From Anthoceros angustus (taxonomy: Eukaryota > Plantae > Anthocerotophyta): DNA of 64,000 nt. Positions 12,301 through 25,696 of this stretch are shown piece by piece. Below the pieces are notes generated by a model that saw only the letters and a program-made list of their open reading frames with translations, was not told the DNA's origin and did no database searches. Numbering within the stretch: the first letter of the stretch is position 1; every line of letters begins with the position of its first letter. The stretch is taken from assembly GCA_010909165.1 (NCBI GenBank), contig VJWM01000118.1, positions 310,001 to 374,000 on the forward strand. Direction: 5' to 3'. Made by a program: the position numbers and the translations under genes.

Positions 12301-13628
12301 TGAGTCGATATTTGAGCTCTTGTGCCTGCATGGCAGCAACTTTAGCACTCAGCTCTGTGGTCTGGGCCTGAAGCCCCTGATTCAACACCCTGGTTTCTTC
12401 TAACTGCTTCTTCAAACTTCCCAGGGCATCTCCTCGACTGGTGTCCTGGGCCTGCAATCCAGCAATTTTCGACCTATACTCCAGATTCTGACCTTGAATG
12501 GTAGTAATCTGAGCCTGCAAATGCGCTCCCTGCTCCTGCAGAGCATCGATCTCAGCATTGAGCCTACCTATCTGGGCCGTCTTCTGCTTCAGCTCCCTTT
12601 CCATAAGCTCAAAGTCCTCCTCCCTTTCCTGAAGGCCATAGTACTCCAACAGCTCACCCTCAAGCTTAATCTCTCTCTCCTGCAACTCCTTCACAAGAGC
12701 CCGCAACTGTATTAGCTCAGCAGCATCATCCGCCAAGGAGTCCACATAGTCCGTAAAACTAGTATCCAAGGTAATATCCCCTTCCTGCCCATCGGCCTGT
12801 GCTTCTGCAACCGAGCCTGACGCATTCTGCCCGAGAACATCAGCCAGCCTCTTCCGGGCCACCCCAGCTTCACCAACTCTACTGCTCCACTCCTCCACTA
12901 AACTCCCGACACGCTGGCCCCTAATCCTGGTCCTGGGTGTCCTCTGCTCCTTACCTGGACTAGTCTCAGTGCCCCTCACGTCCACAGACTCATCTCCTCC
13001 CTTCCTGGCAGCCGTGGTCTCCCTATCTTTCTGTGCAGAAACATCATCTGTGCTGCCAAGATCAGCAGCATCCGAAGGAAAGTCCAAATTCTCTGTAAAA
13101 ATATCCTCAAACTCGGGAAGCAGGAGCTGCTCCCCATCTTGACTCCCAAACACACTCTTCCTACTCCGAGATGGGCTTACGGTGTTGACACACTTCACCT
13201 CCTCCTCCTCCTGCAACAGCAACAATTCTGTCAGTTTCCACATCCATTCACACCAAATCAGATCCAGCACTATCTACCTCCAACCGAAGAGAAACAAACA
13301 GCAGAGATGCGGAATGAGCAAACCTCCTCTTTCGGTGCTGCAGAGTCCACGGAGACGTAGGCGTAGACTTGCTGGGTATACTCGTCCTCATCTTTGCCAC
13401 CGTCATTCTCTGCACCCGTACCCAAAAAGGAAGATTTCAACACCACCCAACAAAACCCAACAAACCCAACATCCCAAATCTGGCAAGGCGGAAGGCGAAG
13501 ACGACGACGGAGAAGAAACATGAGAGCAGCACCGCACCTGGTGCAGCATGGTCGCGCCTGTTCTTGAGATGGGTAAGAGTGAAAGCTGCGACGGAGCAGG
13601 TGACAGCGAGTCCCACTCGAATTAACAT
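9340..13628 (-). CDS. CHUP1: CHLOROPLAST UNUSUAL POSITIONING 1 (multi-exon, ~8 exons)
   Basis: N-terminal hydrophobic MLIRVGLAVTCSVAAFTL, LLPEFEDIF, long coiled coil, VEGLQMNRFSEVEELVYLRWVNACLRYELRNY, polyproline, RAPEVVEFYQSLMKR, MIGEIENRSAHLLA, VDERAVLKHFDWPEGKADALREAA, LLLQGVRFAFRVHQ|FAGGFD. GT-AG introns; TGA at 9340-9342. Confidence 0.95.
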
Positions 13629-14716
13629 GGGTGACGCGGGGGCATGCCGCTCCTGCCGGGCTGGGCTGGGCTGGCTCAGAATTGGCGGCCTGCTCTAGGG
13701 CTCATCTGGAGGGGGAAGGAGTGTCCCGGCGAGCCCAGGCTCCACAATGCGCCTCACTGGCAGGCAATTGAAGGCGCACACGACACTCCCCGGCACACCA
13801 CGACGCCGGAACCTACACCTTCCGCGCTGCTTCCGCTTCTGCTGCTCCCCTGATGCCACAGTGAGCTCCCCATGGGCGGGGCCCCGGGAGCTGGCGCGAA
13901 GAGGCGATCAGGAACAGGAGGCCTCGGATCTGCTGTTCATTCAAGCCCAATGCACAGCCAAACGCAAGGCACGGCAAGGCACGGCAAGGCAAGGCAAGCT
14001 AGAGCTCGCAGCAAGCACGGCCCGGTCCTGGATTTCAGATTAGGCGGCCGGTGTGTATGTATGATGAGAGTCAAGACTTGGTGCGGCCAAGGACGCGCTT
14101 TTGCTTTGCAAAAATCAAATCAAAGCGGGGGGACGGAGAGAGAGTGGGTGCCCGGGAAAGGGGACCTCTGCTCAGCTCAGCTCTGCTCTACATGGACCAT
14201 CAGATCTAACGACCTGCACGGCTGCATAGCATCGGGCAGAGCGTGGGACGACAGTCTCGGCGATTAGACGCCGGCATCTTTTTGGCGGAAACTTTGACGT
14301 GAACTAGGGAGTTTCATACTGTAATATGAAACGGGAGGGGAGTTTAGTTTGCATTCTAAATAGGTAGTCTTCTCCCCAGCAATCGGACCACAGGGCCCTA
14401 GGGGCCGGACAAAGCTCAGCCAGACATTCCAATTCCCATCACCTGCCACCTCACTCTCACCCCCCATCTCGTTTTAACGAATCGGGCACCGTCTGACGAA
14501 GCCAATCATTTTGCTACAGCTCCCTTCAATGCGGTAGGTAGTTGGGGGCGCGCTCGCCTCACAATTGGTGCTTGTCCGATCGTACTTGCCCAAGTATGGA
14601 CCTACTGTACATATCGGGATCACGTAACTCACAGCCCACTTGGCCAACTCTTCACTTGCATCCTTCCTAAACAGGGAGGTGTTCATCCACATGACACTCC
14701 CTGTCGTAAGACACAG

Positions 14717-17700
14717 TCAGCCTTGACTGCCAATTCCGGCTCGCATCCTTGGCTGCTCGAGAAATCCTGAACCACCGTCGTCGTCGTCGTCGTCGTCGTC
14801 ATCTGTACTCTCCTCGGAGTCTGGGGCCACTTGTTCCAGTGCCTGAATTCCTTGTAGATTTCCTAGCTCGGGAGCCACAATGTTCAGCATTTCATCCAGC
14901 GCCACGCGCTCTCTATCAGGCTGTAAGTAAGTCCTTTGCTGGGACGAGCTTTGGCTGTTTCTCGCATCCGGGGAAGCTATTTGGGTGGCTGGTATCAGAA
15001 TTGGGCCTGGGACAGCAGCTCTTGACAGCTCATTGTCGCTGGTTCCCCCTTGGCTCGACACAACTTGCACGGCACCTTGCTCCTCACTTCGTGCTTCGCT
15101 GTCTCTGGGGTAGTGTCGCTCTAAAGGTTCACCAGGTTGGTGGTTGTCCTGCTTAGAGGCATTTAGTTCTGAAGCTGAGCTTACCGCCCAGCTGCCAGGT
15201 GCCTCAGACGCTAGTAAGCCTCCTGTATCTTGCCGGATTGCCACCACTGCTGATTCTATCTTCAAATCCAGCGGACTTCTGGTGTCAAGAAGCGCGCCGT
15301 CCAAAGACTTACCATCTCTGCCTATCTGGAAGGTGCCAAAATGATCAAGTCTTGCACGTTCATGCACACCTCTCTCCTCTCCTGCACGGTTTGCTCCTTC
15401 TATATTTTCCTTGCCCTCGTCCCTCACAAAGACCTGAGTGCTAGGAACTTCCCAACACGGAAAGGTTTTGGGAGCTTCTTCTTCATCCACAAGCATGGTT
15501 TCCCCCGGAATTATGTCAGCACATCTACCAGAGCCGTGTACATCAGCACTCTTTTCTCTACGATTCCCAGCTTCCCGCTGCCCAATATTTACACTGGCTA
15601 GGTAGCCAGAGCTGGATACATCTTTCCCACCATTAAGTGACGCCCTCCGAAATGAGAAACGAGCAGGAGGGCTCCCCATAGGCGAACATTCAAAATCCTG
15701 ATGCTGCTCGGTAGCCGCTTCAACTCTTCCCAAGCTCTGCATGGTTTCACGGTCCACCACTTGCGTCTTGAGCACATCCAGGGGGCATCTTAGAGAGCTG
15801 GAGATTTCCTTGGAATCAGCCTCATCGATCAATGTATCCTGTACAACATCCAGATCTCCAGCCATTGATGTATCTGTCTCCGAATCAGCAACTACTGAAC
15901 AGTCTTCTTGTGTCTCACCACCTCCCCACTCTTGCTGGGTATCAACATGTAACTCTGCCTTTTCAGAGAGGGCCTGCACGTCAAAGCTGCCTTCATTGTC
16001 GTCCTCAGCTACAACAGCAGGAATAGATCCATTCCCTTCTTTGCTCGTGTGAGTGTCAGCTTGCAATGCAGCATAATCAGACTCACCTGCTGTCCCCACA
16101 TTAACCCCTGAAGCATTCGGCTCCTTATTTACAGTTCCCAAAACGTTCGTCCTGTCACCATAGCTACCAGATCTCTCATCACCAGGTTCTGGACGTTTGA
16201 TGTCCACAATGCCTTGAGTCCTTATTGCATCAGTCTCATCTTCACCATCTTCCAGTGTCCTCAGCATTCCTTTGAGTTGGTCCTGCTGCTTCTGTTGCAA
16301 AGACGCAATTTCTTCAGCAGTGGAGTGGAATGCTCGAAGTTGAGTTTCTCTGCTGGGAGCAAGCACTCGCAAGTTAGCATCACAACTGACAAAGGGGCCT
16401 CCATCATATTTACTTCACCTGAAACTGTTGATGTAACATACTCAAATCCACATCAAAGAAAATAACCTGAGGACGATTCGCTCTCGTGCTCCTTGCAACC
16501 GCCGTTTCTCCAGTGCCAACTCCCTAATAGCTGTTTCCATTTCGAGCTCCAATACTGAGGCCTTGTCTGTTGCAGCGTCTTTCGCTTTCTGCAGTTCGTT
16601 CAGCAACATGTAATCAGCTACTCTCCATGACTCATAGCCCACCACAGATGGCACCTGCAGTTGGAATCTTTCTATAACCTTGCCGTGGGCATAATGTCTA
16701 TGGAGGAAAAAAATCCACAATGGGAGCCAAATATCACCTTCTCATTTTCCAGCTCCTTGTTGATGTTTTCCAACTCCTGCTCCCTGTCAGCTGCTCTCTA
16801 TACAATGCAATAGGTGAGATGAGAGGATAGGCTCAAACTTGAGGGTACAAATGCAAAGCCACTAGACGAAGAACACAGCTTCACGGAGTCAAGCAAACAG
16901 AGTGCCAGCAGCACTTACTTTCCTAGCAGACTCAGAAGAGTTTCGTTCGTCCTGGAGCTGAGCTTCCAATCTACGGTACCTTTCTTCAGAGTTCACAAGT
17001 GCTTCTCTCTCTTTTTCCTGATGCATTTACATCCATTGGAACAATTTTGAACATCCAAAAGGCATTGCTTATCTGGAGCAGGAAAGTCTTGCAGCAAGTT
17101 CACAGCCAAGATTACCAGTTTAACTCTCAGACTCTCAGTCAGGCGGCGATTCTCCTTATCCACCTCCTGCACTTGTCCAGACAAGGTGATGAGTGCATGA
17201 CGTCATAATATGCACTGGGGTTTCAGCTGCATGTTCAGAATACATCCTTTGACCTAACCAAAAGGTCGGACCTGCAGCTCCTGTATAGTGTCCTGCTGTT
17301 GCTTCTGTAGCTTTGCAGCAACCTGTGCCTGCTGCTTAAGCTCCTCTGCAGCTTCTGCCCGCGCCTTTTCCACAGCAACTTTTAAGGCAATTTGTGAATC
17401 TGTGTTTTCCCTTTGCCTCTCATTTCGTTCGTCTTCTACTCGCTTTTCAAGATCTGCAATGTTTGCCTTTTGACTGCAGCGGACAACCATGGGTCAGACA
17501 GAACAATACTTTCAGAACCACAGATTGCTCACTTACTACAGGATCACTGAAGAACGTCTTGGGATCAGTACCTTTGGATTAACTCTTCAGCATCCACACG
17601 GGATTGAGATGCAGCTGCAAGTCTTTGATTGAGGTCTTCAATCACGCTCTGCTGCTGCACAGACATGGCGGCCATATCCTCCATCTCCTTCTTGTTTTGC

Positions 17701-19409
17701 TCAAGTTCCCTTGAATTCATCTCGATTTCACCTGCGAATCTGGCTGAGATAGATGCTTTGAGCTCCTTCAGTTCCTGCTTCCAAAGGCAGAAACATGAAC
17801 ATCAGAATCTGCACCATGAAAATGATCCTTGAACTGAAAGTGTTGCCTTGAGCTGGACTCAAGCAAACAATTCATCACACACATTGAATAGGACAAATGA
17901 CCACACAGGTCAGAAACGAGGACTCCTGTTAAGGCACCAAGCAAGACATGAGTCAAGTTAAGTTAGCTCACTATCTCATGCCGGCCTTCAGCAGCTCTGA
18001 ACTCTGATCGCATTTTCTCGATGGTTAAGACATGCTCCTCAAGTTGCTGTCGTAGCTCCTGCAGTAACATGAAGCAACTCAGAATTCCAAAGCATAGTAC
18101 ATTTACCGATGTTGCCCACCAACATCTCAAACTTCCTGCTCACCCAATGCCAAAAGGTGATTATGACAGGACAACATACCTCATTAGACCGTTGAAGTCT
18201 GCGGACATCATCCAAAGAAACAGGTCCATCGGGGCCACCAACCAGAAGACCTTTCATTCTTTTGCCATCCCAACCACCATCACCTTCAGGTTGATCACCT
18301 GCACGGAAGAACACTGGCATAAGAGAGGAGTACCTCTGTACCAAAACTGACAGAGACATAACAAAAAAAGTAGTTATGCACGCTTGGACCTCCTTTGCCT
18401 TCCAAAGCGTCTGCGAGCATGCAACTTACTCTTTCCTGCGGCCACCTTCCTCTTAACGCCTTGTTTAGGTGCATCGGGAACCTCCTGGGGAATAGAAGGC
18501 TTTGGAGCTGCAGCCACATCCCTATACACAAACGTGAAGGCATTCTCTGCAGGACAAGAAGACAGCCTTCAGTTGATCACCAACACGCCATGGCTAACTC
18601 GTTTTCCAGGCTGGACAAGTTTCGATGCGACAACCCTCACCCTGCTCAGGTAATCCGACCAGAGATATAAGGTCTCCATGCTTTAAACATTCCTCCGCTC
18701 CCTCCCTCCTCAGTCGTTGCTGGTTGATAAAAGTCCCATTCGAACTGGTAGGAAAAAGTGACAAAACATTAAACTTCGTGCCACCGTCCGGCACACACAC
18801 AGCCTCGAAACCGCCAGCACCAACGGCTCCTCACCTCGAGTCCTTTACCATGACCACAATTCGTTCCCCCGGCACGAGCGCGTAATCGGCCTGCATCGGC
18901 TTGACGCTTCCATTAACCGCCACAACCTTCCTCGAAATCTTACAGTGCTTTCCGCTCACATTCGGCGAATCAAACGAGCAGCTCACTTCCTTCACCACGC
19001 GTCCCAGCATGTGCTCCACACTGTACAGCATAATATGATGCCCCTGCAGCAAACACAATCCCACACGCAGCACCACTCAATCCCCGCACCTCCAGCCCCG
19101 CCCACCGCCTTCAATCACCGCCGAAACCTCCAATTCCAACGAACCGCATCCAACCGACTTCCAATTCCTCCTCTAGCAAAAAAACACCGAAAAAAAACCG
19201 CCACAGCGCGCATACCTGCGGCCGCTTCCTGGCCTTGTCCGACACCGCGGTGAGCAGTCCCCAGAGATCCGGCCGGTGCACCGGCACCGGCTGCGCGGCC
19301 ACAAGCTGCGCCTGCACCCGCACATCGATCCTGCATGCTCCAGGGGACTCGGGCTTTCCCGGAACCAGCGCCAGCGCGCCTCCTCCTGCCGCTGCTCCGC
19401 TGCAGCCAT
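14717..19409 (-). CDS. SMAD/FHA-domain coiled-coil protein (At2g45460-like), multi-exon; start codon uncertain
   Basis: LWGLLTAVSDKARKRPQ|GHHIML..EHMLGR..SPNVSGKHCKI..DS(R)NGTFIN..RL..L.HGDLISL (FHA domain), several coiled-coil exons, and a long acidic last exon with LLASEAPGSWA and LDEMLNIVAPEL. Confidence 0.85.
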
Positions 19410-20160
19410 GGCTCCAGGTGCCGCTCCTTGCCCTCCGCCGCTGCCGCAGCTGCGAGCGAGTCCAGCCCGTGACCCGGCGGGGCGGCAAAAAGCCCTGCTC
19501 TGACCTCCGCCATGAGACGTCTCGTTTCCCCTACGAGACGTCTCGCGCGCGCGACTCGGCTGCCATAGCCGACGGGCTCCGGCTCGGCCTCCTCCACTCC
19601 CCCGCGCCGGAAGCTGGAACCGGATCGAACCGCGCCAAGAACAACCGAAGCTTGGCTTTCTCGTCGCGACTCGCAACCTCTCTATACGTACGCACTTTCT
19701 TGATTTGGAAACCCGATGCCGGGATAACAAACAAAAAGAGCTTCTCGTGTCACATTCGCGTTTCAGTAAAATATGAAGACCGTTAAAAGCGAGCGCCCTT
19801 TTATTCCGCTTTTATTCCACCGTTTCAAATGCGGTTCAAGGCGTTCACGCTTTTTGTACAAGCACAGGGGCGCACGCAGGCCGCGCAGAGAGTGTATCGC
19901 CACAAACGCCAAAATGTCGGTGACCCTTATGTGCCGGTCCCTGCACGCACGTTGTCGGCAGAGTGTGAAGAATCCCGATTTCCGACTTCCAAGCTGCAGT
20001 ACATATGTGTGTAGGAAGAACAATTCCAATCACCCATGTTGTTCTATAGTAGTCTGTACAGGCAGGAGGAAGAGCCTAGGCGAGGACAAATCTGAATGAC
20101 CAGTAGTCTAACTCCGCTAGAAACAGCCACAAATTTATCTGCACATAGACATCCACGAAT

Positions 20161-21836
20161 CTAGGCAGCCTTGGCTTGCTGCTCCCGGGCCCTGGATTCC
20201 TGGATGGAGGGCGGGTAGAGGATCTTCTTGGCGCCGGGGGTGTCCAAGGCCAGCTTGCCGGAAGGCTTCTTCTGGGAAAGCTCGTACAGGAAGAAGAAGC
20301 GGAGGTAGGCGGAGAGGACCTCGGGAACCAGGATGCGGAAGAGCAGTAGCGTCTGGTACCAGAAGGGTACTGTGACATACCACTTCCTGTGCACTGCTCC
20401 CTTCACGATTGCCCTGGCAGCCACTTCGGTGTATGTGACGGGAGCGAACCCTATTTGAAGCTGTAATGCATGCACCAGAATTGTGAGGGTTAGGACAGCC
20501 GTGGCGACAGGGACGAAGCGAGGATTGTGAGAGAGTTGAGTTGAGTGACTCACATCTCGTTGTGCCGTGTCTCCTACTTTTTCCTCGCCTCTTGCGTCGA
20601 TGTATCTGCCCTGAGTCATCTGACTCTCCACCCAGCCCGGCATGATGATGGTCACGCCAACTTGTTGCCCCACCTCCGTGCGCAGTGTGTCGAAGAATTG
20701 GACTAGCCCCGCATTAGCGGCCTGAAACGCCGAGGCGGAGTGCAGAAATCGTCATGGATGTCATTACATAATGCTGTCAGAGTCGCCGAAGAGAGAATTT
20801 GAAGTGGAGGAAGAGCTTACATTGTAGATGCTCATGCGCGGGACGGGCATATAACTGGCCACAGACGCGTTCACCACCAGCCTGCCCTTGGATTGCTTCA
20901 GATGAGGCAAGGCGTAATAAGTCGGATGCACATTCCCCCAGAATGTCACGTCCTGCACATCCGATCACCGTTCAAATCAGCCGCTAGTCTGTCGACTGCT
21001 ACAAGACACCATCGACACCACGAATTTGGACCACATCAAGGTTTCGGAAGACATCAAGGATTTGGAAGGGATCAAAGATTTGGAAGACATTGTCAGCACA
21101 TTCCAACGCTGTGACTCACAAAAGGCTGGAAGAAGGCTTCAGGCTTGGCTTCGTCGAAAATGAAAGAACTGGCCATTCCGACATTGTTCACCAGATGGTC
21201 CACTGCAAGATCAACGCATCACGATCAAAGACAAATGAAACCTATCCAAAAAACTTGAAGCAGAGAGACCTGATCTCGGATTGTGGAGCTTGAAAATCTG
21301 CTTTCTCCCGAACACTTATCCGGCAATCAAGATCGTTTCAAACGAAGTTCTTACAGCGGCCATAGTGTCGAACAGTCTCATCCACAATCCTTCGACACTC
21401 GTCTACCCGAGCCAAATCGGCTGCGATAGTGCGCACGTCCATGGCGCCCTTGCGGCGAGCCCTGTCCGCCACGGGCTTCAAGTGATCCTCTCGCCGGGCC
21501 ACCAGCGAGAGCTTGGCTCCTTTTTTCGCATACTCGTATGCCGTTTGCTGCATCACCAAGACGGAGCCAGGCAATCAAGATCACCGACGAAGAGGAGCCG
21601 AAACCGGGATCGTCTGAGAGCAGCAGCGCCAGTAGAGCGATTGTCACCTCTCCGATTCCAGACGATGCCCCTGTGATGAGCACCACCTTGTTGTACATGT
21701 CCTCGGGAAACACACGGTTGAAGAGCCAGTACCAGAAGCGAATGAAGAGGAGAGTAGGAAATATTGTCGCCAAGAACATCATCGTTGCCGGAGGCAACAC
21801 CCAGTCCAAAGCCATGTTCAACAAATCCATCGCCAT
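20161..21836 (-). CDS. HSD: Steroleosin / 11-beta-hydroxysteroid dehydrogenase-like short-chain dehydrogenase (6 exons)
   Basis: N-terminal anchor with proline knob (VLPPATMMFLATIFPTLLF), KVVLITGASSGIGE, AYEYAKKGAKLSLVARRE, VDHLVNNVG, FWGNVHPTYYALPHLK, PRMSIYN|AANAGLVQFFDTLR, PGWVESQMTQG. Confidence 0.92.
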
Positions 21837-22564
21837 CTGCTGCTGCTTGCCGATGCCGATGCAATTTCGCTACAAGCTCGCCGATTTGCTTACTTACAAA
21901 CTCGCGACTGTCGCTGGAATGAATTCAAACCCGCACGCGACAGAGAAGAAGGGAAATCTGAGGCGCCCGGGCGTGCAGCATGTTGGCTCGTCAGCGGATG
22001 ACTTGGCGACCCGGGAGGTGGTGCTTCCTGCGGCTGCATGAACACCATGCCAAATGTACACTCCAGTCCCACTACCTGTCGTGCTGCAAACTTACCGCTC
22101 ATGGCAATCGTACACAATCAAGGTAAACAGTACTGCAGTAAGGCGAATTGAAGAAGTCACACGTCACTGTGGAACACTGCGTAGAAAGGATTCATCAAAT
22201 CAGATCATCTAAGTGGTCCGTCAAATAAATTTTAAGTGGTCCACCAACTCAGATTACATCCACTTGCGGCCTTCATGGACTGCCAAGACTACAAGACCGT
22301 CAGGCACTGGTAACTGTTACCAAAATCTCATCACCATGAAAGCATCGTCGACGCATGCTAACAATATACACAGGCTCACCACTGCCTCATCCGCCCAAGG
22401 GTGATGGATCAGAATATGTGCTCTCCCATGCGTGAGCTAAGCTGCACCTTGGAGGTGGGCCAAGTTGAGAGTGTCATGCTAGAGAAACCGAGATGCGGGA
22501 CACCTGCCCTACATCTCTGATGCAGCAACATGATAAAGGCAAGACACTATTGGTGGGACGAGTT

Positions 22565-23545
22565 TCAGATCCCAGTTGGAGGGTACTGAGCAGGCCGGAG
22601 GAAGTAATCACCAGCTGTGGCTACGGCAGCTGTAGCTGCTGCGGTGCCAAGAATCTTCACACCACTTCCTGATGTCGCTGACGCCATTGCTCCAGTGGCA
22701 GCACCTGCTACACAGGCGTTCACCTGCACACCAGAGCACCTGTTGAACTACGTGTGGTGTGATAGCAGGAGGTATGGACAGGTGTGTGAAGAGTAAGCAT
22801 AAGCAGATAGCCAGGTCCTTACCCAGTCTCTCTTCCTTCGCATTGATTCGACACCACAGCTCAATCCCACGTATGTACCGGCGAAGATACCTGCAAACCA
22901 TAGGATGAATTCGCATGATTTCCTTATCAGGCACAGGCAGGGGTATGACAAGTGAAAACTACTAGCTGCACCAACAAGATGAGAAACAGTCCGGCAGGAT
23001 ACATACCCCATCCAAGGCCATTCTTAATCATAGACTTCGCCTGGAAGCATACAAATCCACCACATAATTCAGGTCCCACGTAAAACAAAATACACCAGCG
23101 TCTACTTCAAACCACCACCACTCCTCACCGGGAAGGTACTGTCCGGCATCTCTTGCTATCAAAGGGGGTCTACAAATAGCACCCGAGCTCACAACTAACT
23201 TACTTGTGCCAGTTACTGTCCAACAAGATAACAATCGCATACTCCCTGCATGACCAGTCTCACACAAGGCTTACCACGTACAAAGCCCGAGAAGGTCCTT
23301 TGTGACCTGACAAAAGATTTGAAGCTCGATCAGGTCACGTGCATTCAGCGGCAGAGGAGGTAAAATGCAACCATGACATCGAGCCTCGAGCTTCTGAGAA
23401 AATCTAAAACAACCATGCCAAAATGACAAGGAGAACGTCGTCCAGGCTTGACAGCAACGACAGACATGCCACCAGCAGTGAAATGCACGTCCGAAAGAAA
23501 ACCATGCCCCCGTTCAGCCAGGCGCACCTTCTTTGGCAGCGTCAT
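22565..23545 (-). CDS. PRAT (Tim17/Tim22/Tim23/OEP16) family membrane protein, OEP16-like; 5' exons uncertain
   Basis: Exons give AKSMIKNGLGWG|IFAGTYVGLSCGVESMRRKRDW|VNACVAGAATGAMASA..KILGTAAATAAVATAGDYF; TGA at 22565-22567. The ATG at 23545 is a best guess. Confidence 0.8.
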
Positions 23546-25696
23546 ACGATCCCATGAAGACTCCCCAAGCCACACCTCCCTGCAAGCCACACAATCTGCG
23601 AGAATGAAAACCACAATTCGTCGGACCAGATTCCAACTCAACACCGCTAGAACCCGAAGCTCACTCAGCTGATGCCATGGCCACCTACTCTGCCAGTCCT
23701 CAAGCTTAAGAGCACAATTACAAACAGCGCCGCGTTGCAATCGACAAATTCTCTACACCAGCGTCACAAGATTCATTCACCAAACACAGCATTGCAGGCA
23801 GAAGAGGACCAGGCGCAATCAATGCCGCGACAGCTCGAAATCAGCACCAAATTAGCCTTGAAATCAACAAGGGAGGGCAAAGAGCAGGACCGACCGTGCC
23901 GATGCGCACAAATCCATCCACAGCGCGCGAGGTGCAAGGCACATCCCACGCATCCAGGGTGCGCGGCCGCTCCATCTTCGAGTTCCCCCTTCCTCTGGCC
24001 AAATTCCCGGACGGCCGGTTAACAACTCGGCTTGCTCGAACCTATCCGTCTCTATCTCGAAGCCCTAGATAATCGTCAGTGGATATCCAGTCCACCTTCA
24101 AGTCATAAGCGAAAACAATTCTTTTGTTTTAGCGCTAATTCTACTTCAGACAACATTCTTTCTTCGAGGCACCCTCTCATAACCTGTCATGACACCCTAT
24201 GAGAAAGCAAATTGACTTATATACATTGACGAGCCATTTCACCGTAATTGTATATCATAAAGGATATATTAAAAAGTTATATATATATACAATCAATAAT
24301 TTTACTAGAAAACATATCACTTACCTAGTAAAGCATTGTCTTCCAAGCTTTCAACGCTAAATTGAAGGAAAGAAATTGCATGCTCGCAAGTGGCGGTGGA
24401 GTGTAGGGTTAATCGGTCCTGCAATGAGGTAGTCACGAATAATTGTGGTAATTTAACTCTAAGTTCTAAGCTCTAACTTATATGACTCCTTCTAATTAAA
24501 ACATAGTTGTTGGTAATAGATGTCACTGTGTTTGTTGGTGCAAGTAGCAATGTGGTCGTATTGGCTTTTGTTGGTGTAGCTTTAAGGTTGTGGGAATGTT
24601 TGTATTTGTAGCTATAGGTTATAGACTTTTGTTACTACTATTCCCTCTGCTGCACATCGAGGGGTCTAGGATTACCTCCTCTATGACATGGTCTGTAGAC
24701 CATGTGTGTAAGCATATTACAAATGAATTGAGCCTGCTATTTTTATGTGTAGAAAATTTTTAAAAAATATTCTTTTTTTTCTCAGATTTTCCCCTATCCT
24801 CTTAAGGATGTCCCGATATGCGAGCTTTACAATAGGCTTCAATAGAAGGATAGTTTTATTTCCTCCTATCTCATGTATGAGTAACAAGAATGTACTTCAA
24901 TCTCTAATTTATGCTATGCATGTTTTTCCATTTGAGATTTCTTCTTCTTCTTCAAATGTCTACAATGATTTTGTGATTACACAAAACAACCATGAACTTG
25001 ATGAATCTACCAGAAGATAATTTGTCAAAAGTTTAACTTTAGCTTAGTTTCAAACTATTTCAAAACCATCTCATAATCATCCAAACTATGCAAGTTAATT
25101 TAGTCTCATGATGGTTAACCGTTCTTACTGAACTGTACTGTATCTTTTTCTTCTACTATATAATTATATAAAGGCTATAAATAATTATATTTATAAATCT
25201 ATTTATTAAATATTTCATAAGAGTGTTTGAATATCTACGGTGTAACAATAAAGCTAAGCCAAGAAAGTATTTGTATGCAGCTAGATAAATATTGTTGGGA
25301 AAGAGCATTGATTATTATTTATTCTAGTACATCACATACAAATATGTATCTTCCAAGTAACTTCACATCTTTTATATCATAACTACCATAGATGATAGAG
25401 CTATTAACCGCCCACCGCCTAAAAGATGTATTTTGGGTGCACACATCTAGGCAAAGCAAAATTAATTTATAAAATTAGGGAATTTTAAAATATATATAAT
25501 TATATACATATTACGTAATTACACATGCACAATTTTTGGGAATTTGGGCACCGATCATAGCAATATCCATGTTATGTTGCAAAAGTTAAAAAACACTACT
25601 TTTTGTCGCAAGATATATCAAATACGATACCAAGAATTCCTTATATTTATATATTATGCAGAATTGAAGTTTTCCAAACAAAGTGAATATGGTTGC

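Noticed and set aside
21025-21095. ~18-bp repeat giving an HQGFGR-repeat ORF
   Set aside because: Lies in an HSD intron on the opposite strand; simple intronic repeat.
9340-23545. CHUP1 and an OEP16-like gene (both plastid-envelope related) as a functional cluster
   Set aside because: Separated by unrelated genes; co-orientation in a compact genome is unremarkable and the PRAT protein's location is not established.
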